Source: Saccostrea echinata
Lineage: Eukaryota
Reading direction: 5' to 3'
NCBI RefSeq assembly: GCF_033153115.1
Contig: NW_026889761.1
Coordinates: forward strand, 7,068,001-7,132,000
Length of the DNA: 64,000 nucleotides
The notes beneath the pieces are model-generated. The model was not told the DNA's origin and made no database searches. It saw only the letters and a program-made list of their open reading frames with translations. Within the stretch, counting starts at the first letter, position 1. Each line of letters begins with the position of its first letter. The position numbers were made by a program, and so were the translations under genes. Positions 56,293-64,000 of this stretch are shown here, piece by piece.

Positions 56293-57344
56293 TGAAATTA
56301 GGACTCACTTATATTATGGCCATTTATCGTATTTATATAAATTATTTGGATACACAACGCCATTTAATGCAGGTACAGTATTCGTACGTGTAAGGGCAGA
56401 ATCCTGGGGAGTGATTTTAACAGCATGATTTATTTTTATTTTTAGGTAAAATATCAGCGACGCATGCAGATGACATTGTGAAAAGTTTTGTGTTTCGACG
56501 GGTTTATATATATGCCTGGATATTATGCTTCATTTAGTTTTAAATATTTTTTTTTATCGATTGGAAACAAGTTCTTACAACTTCCTGAAATATAACAGTG
56601 TGTCCTGCAAAATAAATAGCTTGAGTATGCAATGTATAAAATTAATTACACGTATAATGCACCAGGGAAATGCGAAAACTTGTCAGCATAACGCACAAGC
56701 ACGAAAAAGAAAAGAAAGAATGAATATGATTTAAAAATAACAACAATAATAACGGAAATTAAGAGTTTAAGAAAAAGTAATTTCCATATTGTCTATCAGT
56801 CGTCTATACCGCATGTCTAAATAGGCAGGTATGACACAGTACACAGTCTTTGTGAATTTCTCGCAGTTGGAGGGCAAACTAAGAATTTTTATAAGACGGG
56901 GAGATCCAAATGGCATTCTTTAATGTGTCTAATAAAAAAATAAAAGAAATCATCCCTGATTTTTGTCCTTTGAAGCAAAATTTTTAGCTTTAATCGTACC
57001 CCGAAATTCAAACATGACAGTTTGGAGGCGTATTTTCCTGAATTTAAACACTACAGTTACAACGATCTTAAAATGTAAATAGATAGAATGGTAGAGAGAA
57101 ATGTAAAGGCTGGGATTCTGCTCATGTTATGTGGTGAAGTTCATTCCTTGAGCTGCAGCGCGGATGCAAATACCCACATTGAAACACACATCCATGAACA
57201 AAACAACAAACGTCTCGACAAACTAGATGTTTTCTAGGCGGTCCGCGCTCAGTGTAAACAAAAACAGCAAGTGCGTGTGACCCGAGTATTTCACTGTTCA
57301 CAGTTCCTGAGAAGTAAGTCGACGTTTTACTCTCGTCAGTAGCC

Positions 57345-57941
57345 ATGGCCGATACTGCTCCTCCAGCAAAGTCCCCAGCCAAGAAGAAGGCCGCAAAGCC
57401 TAAGGTGCCCGCTGCACATCCCAAGTACATTGACATGATTAGCGCTGCTGTTGCATCTCTGAAAGAACGTGGTGGCTCATCTCGACAGGCCATTCTCAAG
57501 TACATCATGGCCAACTACAAAGTGGGCAACGATGTTAACTCTATCAACGCCCACCTGAAAATGGCCCTGAAGAGCGGAGTTAAGAAAGGCGCTCTGAAGC
57601 AAGCAAAGGGCACAGGCGCTAGTGGCTCCTTCAAACTTGGAGACAAACCCAAGACCGAAAAGAAGCCTAAAGCCAAAAAGGTAGCCAAACCCAAGGCAGC
57701 CAAGCCCAAGAAGGCCGCCACCAAGCCCAAGAAGCCTGCGGGAGAGAAGAAGGCCAAGACTCCAAAGAAGAAGGCAGCAGCCAAGAAACCAGCCGGACCC
57801 AAGAAAGCCAAGTCCCCCAAGAAAAAGGCAGCCCCCAAGTCTCCAAAGAAGGCAGCAGCCAAACCCAAGAAGGCCAAGACCCCCAAGAAGGCAGCGGCCA
57901 AGAAGACAAAGACTCCCAAGAAAGCAGCCGCCAAGAAATAA
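57345..57941 (+). CDS. H1: Histone H1
   Basis: Same protein as 46315-46911; stem-loop at 57993-58008. Confidence 0.98.
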   Translation: MADTAPPAKSPAKKKAAKPKVPAAHPKYIDMISAAVASLKERGGSSRQAILKYIMANYKVGNDVNSINAHLKMALKSGVKKGALKQAKGTGASGSFKLGDKPKTEKKPKAKKVAKPKAAKPKKAATKPKKPAGEKKAKTPKKKAAAKKPAGPKKAKSPKKKAAPKSPKKAAAKPKKAKTPKKAAAKKTKTPKKAAAKK

Positions 57942-58967
57942 GCAGTCTTCGCATTCCAGGCAGACTGTCTACGCTTAAAACAAAATTTAAAAAGCCCTTT
58001 TCAGGGCTACCCACATTTTTAGAAAAGATGCCTTAAAAACATTCGTTAACGAAACATTTGCATAATCATTGCCTTTCTTTTCCCTCTCTTTCTCATTTTA
58101 ATATTTGGAATGCAGAGGTCTGTGTTGAAAATTTAAACTAAACAAACATGTGAAATATTACAATTTCACTAACAATATATCTTACACAAATGCCTACACT
58201 GTCTAGGTGTAAACTAGGATTATGTGCTCATGGTAATTTATGTAATTGCATGCATATCTCACATGAATTCCTGATTGAACAATAATCTAAATAATAGGGA
58301 GGAGCAGTAAGTGAAATGAATGATGATTAAAAAAGTGTGTGAATTAATTTTTGTTTATAATGTACATAATATCAGGTCAAGTTTGAATTATTATATATGA
58401 TAGACCATTTTCACACACCTTCTCACACACATACACTCACTGACTGTTGCAGTGTAATTCCATTCAATGTACAGAACAGAAGTCTTCTTTGATATTTTAG
58501 AATTGGTTTTATTTCCTAGCTTTCACGTCACACACAGAATGAATTAATGAAGCATACTCTGGTACGACTAAAATGAATTTCTAAGGCAGTGACTTTTTTC
58601 ATGCAAGTGTCCGTGTAAACTGTAAATGGTCACAAGATTCTTGAAAGCAAAACCACATGCATACCAGGGCTTGTCAACAAACATCAAATATTTCTACAAA
58701 ATCAATGTTTTTGAACAACTTCTTGAAGCTTTGTTTTGACAGGACTTCAAAATTTGATAAATATTCAAATTCTTGAACTTTCTAAAGTCTAAAGTGATAA
58801 ACACATACAGAAGTTAAGGTGGGGGTGGGGATAAAGAAAGCAAAGCAATGATGAGCTGGTTTATGAGTCAGGATGTCGAATCCAGCAAACACTGGATCAT
58901 GTATAAAGTAAAACATTATGGCCTGAAAAACATTTCATGAGGAAATTTTAAAGTAATATTCATTGAT

Positions 58968-59244
58968 NNNNNNNNNNNNNNNNNNNNNNNNNNNNNNNNN
59001 NNNNNNNNNNNNNNNNNNNNNNNNNNNNNNNNNNNNNNNNNNNNNNNNNNNNNNNNNNNNNNNNNNNNNNNNNNNNNNNNNNNNNNNNNNNNNNNNNNNN
59101 NNNNNNNNNNNNNNNNNNNNNNNNNNNNNNNNNNNNNNNNNNNNNNNNNNNNNNNNNNNNNNNNNNNNNNNNNNNNNNNNNNNNNNNNNNNNNNNNNNNN
59201 NNNNNNNNNNNNNNNNNNNNNNNNNNNNNNNNNNNNNNNNNNNN
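58968..59244. other. N-run (277 nt)
   Basis: Seen directly. Confidence 0.99.
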
Positions 59245-59501
59245 GGGAGTGTTTATATGTCTATCTTCATGGTTATTATCATATTTACTGTGATCGTACA
59301 TCTTTCAATACAGTGGGTCTATTAGATTATTTTATATAGAGAATTTAACATTGATTTTAACCAAGTACAAAATCTGTGCAAAAAAGGTGGATTGAAATGA
59401 TTCCAGCTAAGACCAATGGAAGCACGCTATGCGCGACTAATCGCAAGGTGTCTTTCTTAACCCCCAACCAATCGCAAACATCCTTACTTAATGCGCGCTG
59501 A

Positions 59502-59993
<492 letters not shown>

Positions 59994-61017
59994 ACATTTT
60001 CTTGTCTCGGACAAACACACAAACGGCCGTTTTCACGGCCACCAAAATATTTAGAAAAGATGCCCTCTTTAACAGCACTAATTAGAAACGTGACAACAAA
60101 GAGCACAAGTATATTGACCACATAATTTATGTCAGGTGTTATTGGCGAAATATTGTTTATTGTATATGAATGCAAGGAAACACACAGATATGATAGTGTC
60201 TTGAATACTGGCATAATTGCATAATTATGGCAGCTTATACTCGTATTATATATAAAGAAAACAAACAAACGAAAACACGCATGAAACGAGTGTCGCACAA
60301 CAGTTTGAGAGAGAAACAATACACTGTAAAAATTACGTACATGTATCCCAAGCAATTCTAAAGGCACGTTAACAGAAATAATAATGATAAAAAAGTGATT
60401 CATGCATGGTTATACATATTTTGCTTAAATTCAGAGAGCGTGATAAACAATATGACACAATGGATACTGTTTTGAGAGTAATATTCTGACAGATAATAAT
60501 AAATATGGTCAGTTGTTTGAAACATTTGCATATATATATTTATTACATTTCTATTCTGCGTAAAGAAATACTACTACTAATAATAATATTAATAATTGAA
60601 AAGAAATAAAGAGAGATACAGAGAATAACATGTACTGAGTTGGTAACGTGATATTTTATTTATTACGAGATGTATTATTTAAATGTGTCTTGCATTAAAG
60701 AATATTGTTTTAAATTATTTCCCTGAAAATATGACAGTATACAGAACCCCCGCAAAAATATGAAATCATATATAATGAACTACTGAAATTTAAGATTTGC
60801 CTATATAGACAAGTACATGATTTAGTAACAGCTCAAGGGTACACGAAAAAAATGTCAACAAAAGCAAATACGCAAGGCGCGCAGAGCGCGAACCAATCGC
60901 GCTTTAGCTTACACTGTGCCTTCGGAACGTGAAAATTGCACTGCCGAAGTTTTCAAGATACCACTGCTTCTAGCACGTCGTTGATTAGCGCTATATATAC
61001 CACGATCTCTCCCCTAG

Positions 61018-61368
<351 letters not shown>

Positions 61369-63705
61369 ATACCCCTACCATACTGTGCCTCCAAGAGCAA
61401 GAACAAACGGCCGTTTTCACGGCCACCCAAATTTTTCGAAAAGATACCTCTGAGCAGACGTGTTAAAGAAACGAAGGTGTTAATTTTTCTATATTCATTT
61501 CTAGTGAGCAAAAGAATTTTGATTTAATGTCACTGGAAGAAGGCATATTATTCGGATAGCCTTGCAGTAACTTGTACACAGGGTAGGGGAAAACAAATAA
61601 TTACAATATCTTCATAATTATTGATTTACATTAGGTTCCCATGTAAGATTTTTGATCAGAAAAAGGGGGGCCTGCATGGGGAAAATACAAACAGACAAGA
61701 AAGTCCCATGCTCTAGTTGATTATTTCCAAGGACACATCTGGTAGATAAATATCAATTTAATAACCTGCACGTTGTTACAGTTTCCTGAGATATCGTCGA
61801 AAGCTGTAAATATTGAAATAGTATCCCTGTCAATACAGAGACAAAATTCGCGTATACAACAACTCGTACGGTTAAATGTACTTTGACAAGGTAGCAAGAG
61901 TTGTCTTTCGTTTTATGTGTGCTGTATATTCCTATGCATTGAGCAAGTGGTTATTTGCAGTGCAGGTCTATCATCTTTACATTTACATGCCTCTATCAAC
62001 AATAAAGCATGACTTCACGATGTTGTTGTTGTTCTTCATTCTATTACATTTGGATTCCAACATAGACACCACATGTAATAGTAGTATGGCAACAAAGTAC
62101 ACCACACAGTCAAAAACATCATCTCAAGAAAAAAAAACTATGACCCATACTTGCGCGATATATTTCGTAATACCACTAAATATACATGTTTATTTTATAC
62201 AGGGATGTCCCAGAACTAGCATTGTTTGAAATGATTATCTTGATCCTCATTCCTGTGCAAAACAAACCAACACACACAAAGCAAAATGTTTAAACAGAGA
62301 TGACTTTGAAATATTCATATGCAGAAATGTGAAACACAACTTGAAGACGCTAGGTCTTAAGAATGTAGTTTATTTGATTACTTGTATATTTCCCGTAGGA
62401 TCTTAAATGTTTGACATTCAAACGTAATTCCTTTTCAATATCCTTTGAAATGCATTTTTTTCATGAAGATAACCTGTAATGAGCTATAATATTTTTCCAG
62501 TAGATATTAAATCTGTGCTAGTTTTCTATACATGTTGTACACATGTTGATCACAACGTAAAATGTTCAATAAGATGTAATTACAATTTCTGGGTGATTAT
62601 AGTTTATCTACCATTATCTTTGTGCCTCAGTGCATCACACATCCTTTGATATACTGAATTATAATATCTAGGTTACTTAAGAAATGTTTTTGAAAGTTCA
62701 TGAAGGTATGACATACCTTTCACCAGGGCATATTTCATACAAATAAAATTATATATACCTGCCAGGGTGAAAAGTATCAGTTCATATCCTCCAGACAGAC
62801 ACTGACAAACTGTCTAGGGTATATATTTTCTATGTATTGAGGTATAGTATATTATTCCTCGTCTGTCATAGTTCATGAGAATAGGAGGAATTTTCATTTA
62901 ATTTAAAAGAAATAACAAAGAGAATTCAAATTTCAGTTGAATAAGATAGACCCAGGCAAAATATATTATTTCTGTATAATAAGGAATTCGTTCATATTCT
63001 TTCTTAACGACATCTTCATTACAAGCCTCTAAGATACAGATATTCAGTGTTTCAGTACTTAAACTGGTATCTTACTAAGTATATACTTTCTCTTAATGAT
63101 TTCTAATGTATAATGATCCAATATAATTATAAACACTGCATACGGTAATATTTATAATTTGCTTGTGCTCTGTTTTTAACCTACATTTTTTTGTTATCTT
63201 TATGATATAAATTATTCATTCTGGCTGTCTTCCATGTGCTTGAGAGGGGAAAAAAAGTGAACTGCTCTGTTGTTAAATTACTTTAAGGCTCACATAGTAT
63301 AACATGCCTATGTGTAGCTAAAATTTGTTTTCGTCTGCAACTGTTGTGTTATAAATTATTCGTTGGGGCCCTGTTTTTTTTTTTTTTTTTCCTTTCTTAA
63401 ATTCCCTGTCTGTAAATATATAATGTACACTATGAGGGGGCACATGTTCATTTATTTTTCAGAGGGTGTGCGTGTTTTTTTATTTTCAGGCATAGACCAA
63501 CATTCAAAATTATTAATTAGCAAGAACAGTGTCTACAGACAAAAACAGATAATGCTAAGAAATAAAAATAAATAAGGTAAACATCTTGTTAAGACAAAAC
63601 CTGATATACACACGTTTCTTAACGCTGTATTGAAAGTATCTTTTCGAAAAATTTGTGTGGCCCTGAAAAGGGCCGTTTTGTTTTTCTGAAGTGCAAGTTT
63701 GCAGT

Positions 63706-64000
<295 letters not shown>

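Larger units (their letters stand above)
53888..56321. mobile_element. GGCC-ended TIR element, unit 2
   Basis: Same ends as 42869-45291. Confidence 0.55.

Overview
AT-rich animal genomic DNA, most likely an oyster or other bivalve (inferred from the histone sequences and repeat families). The left ~42 kb has no intact gene. It is a dense, often nested mix of non-autonomous Helentron/HINE-type elements (sub-terminal inverted repeats, 3' hairpin plus CTAG end, internal tandem repeats), hAT-, Tc1/mariner-, Kolobok- and Zator-like TIR elements, tRNA-derived SINEs and microsatellites. It also holds decayed coding relics: an internally deleted mariner transposase, an OB-fold-like exon and a Cys-rich fragment. 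From 42335 to the window end lies the left edge of a near-identical ~11.02 kb tandem replication-dependent histone repeat, order H2A(+), H1(+), H3(+), H4(+), H2B(-), just under two units. Each unit carries a nested TE stack with a 5'-truncated LINE that is still open in frame, plus an N-masked block upstream of H3. The array edge cuts H2A at codon 8 and joins it to a strong splice acceptor with an open in-frame 4-codon leader, a candidate exonised or chimeric H2A. The histone 3' ends show a non-canonical stem-loop in H2A, H3 and H4, and an extra shared motif downstream of the HDE in all five genes.
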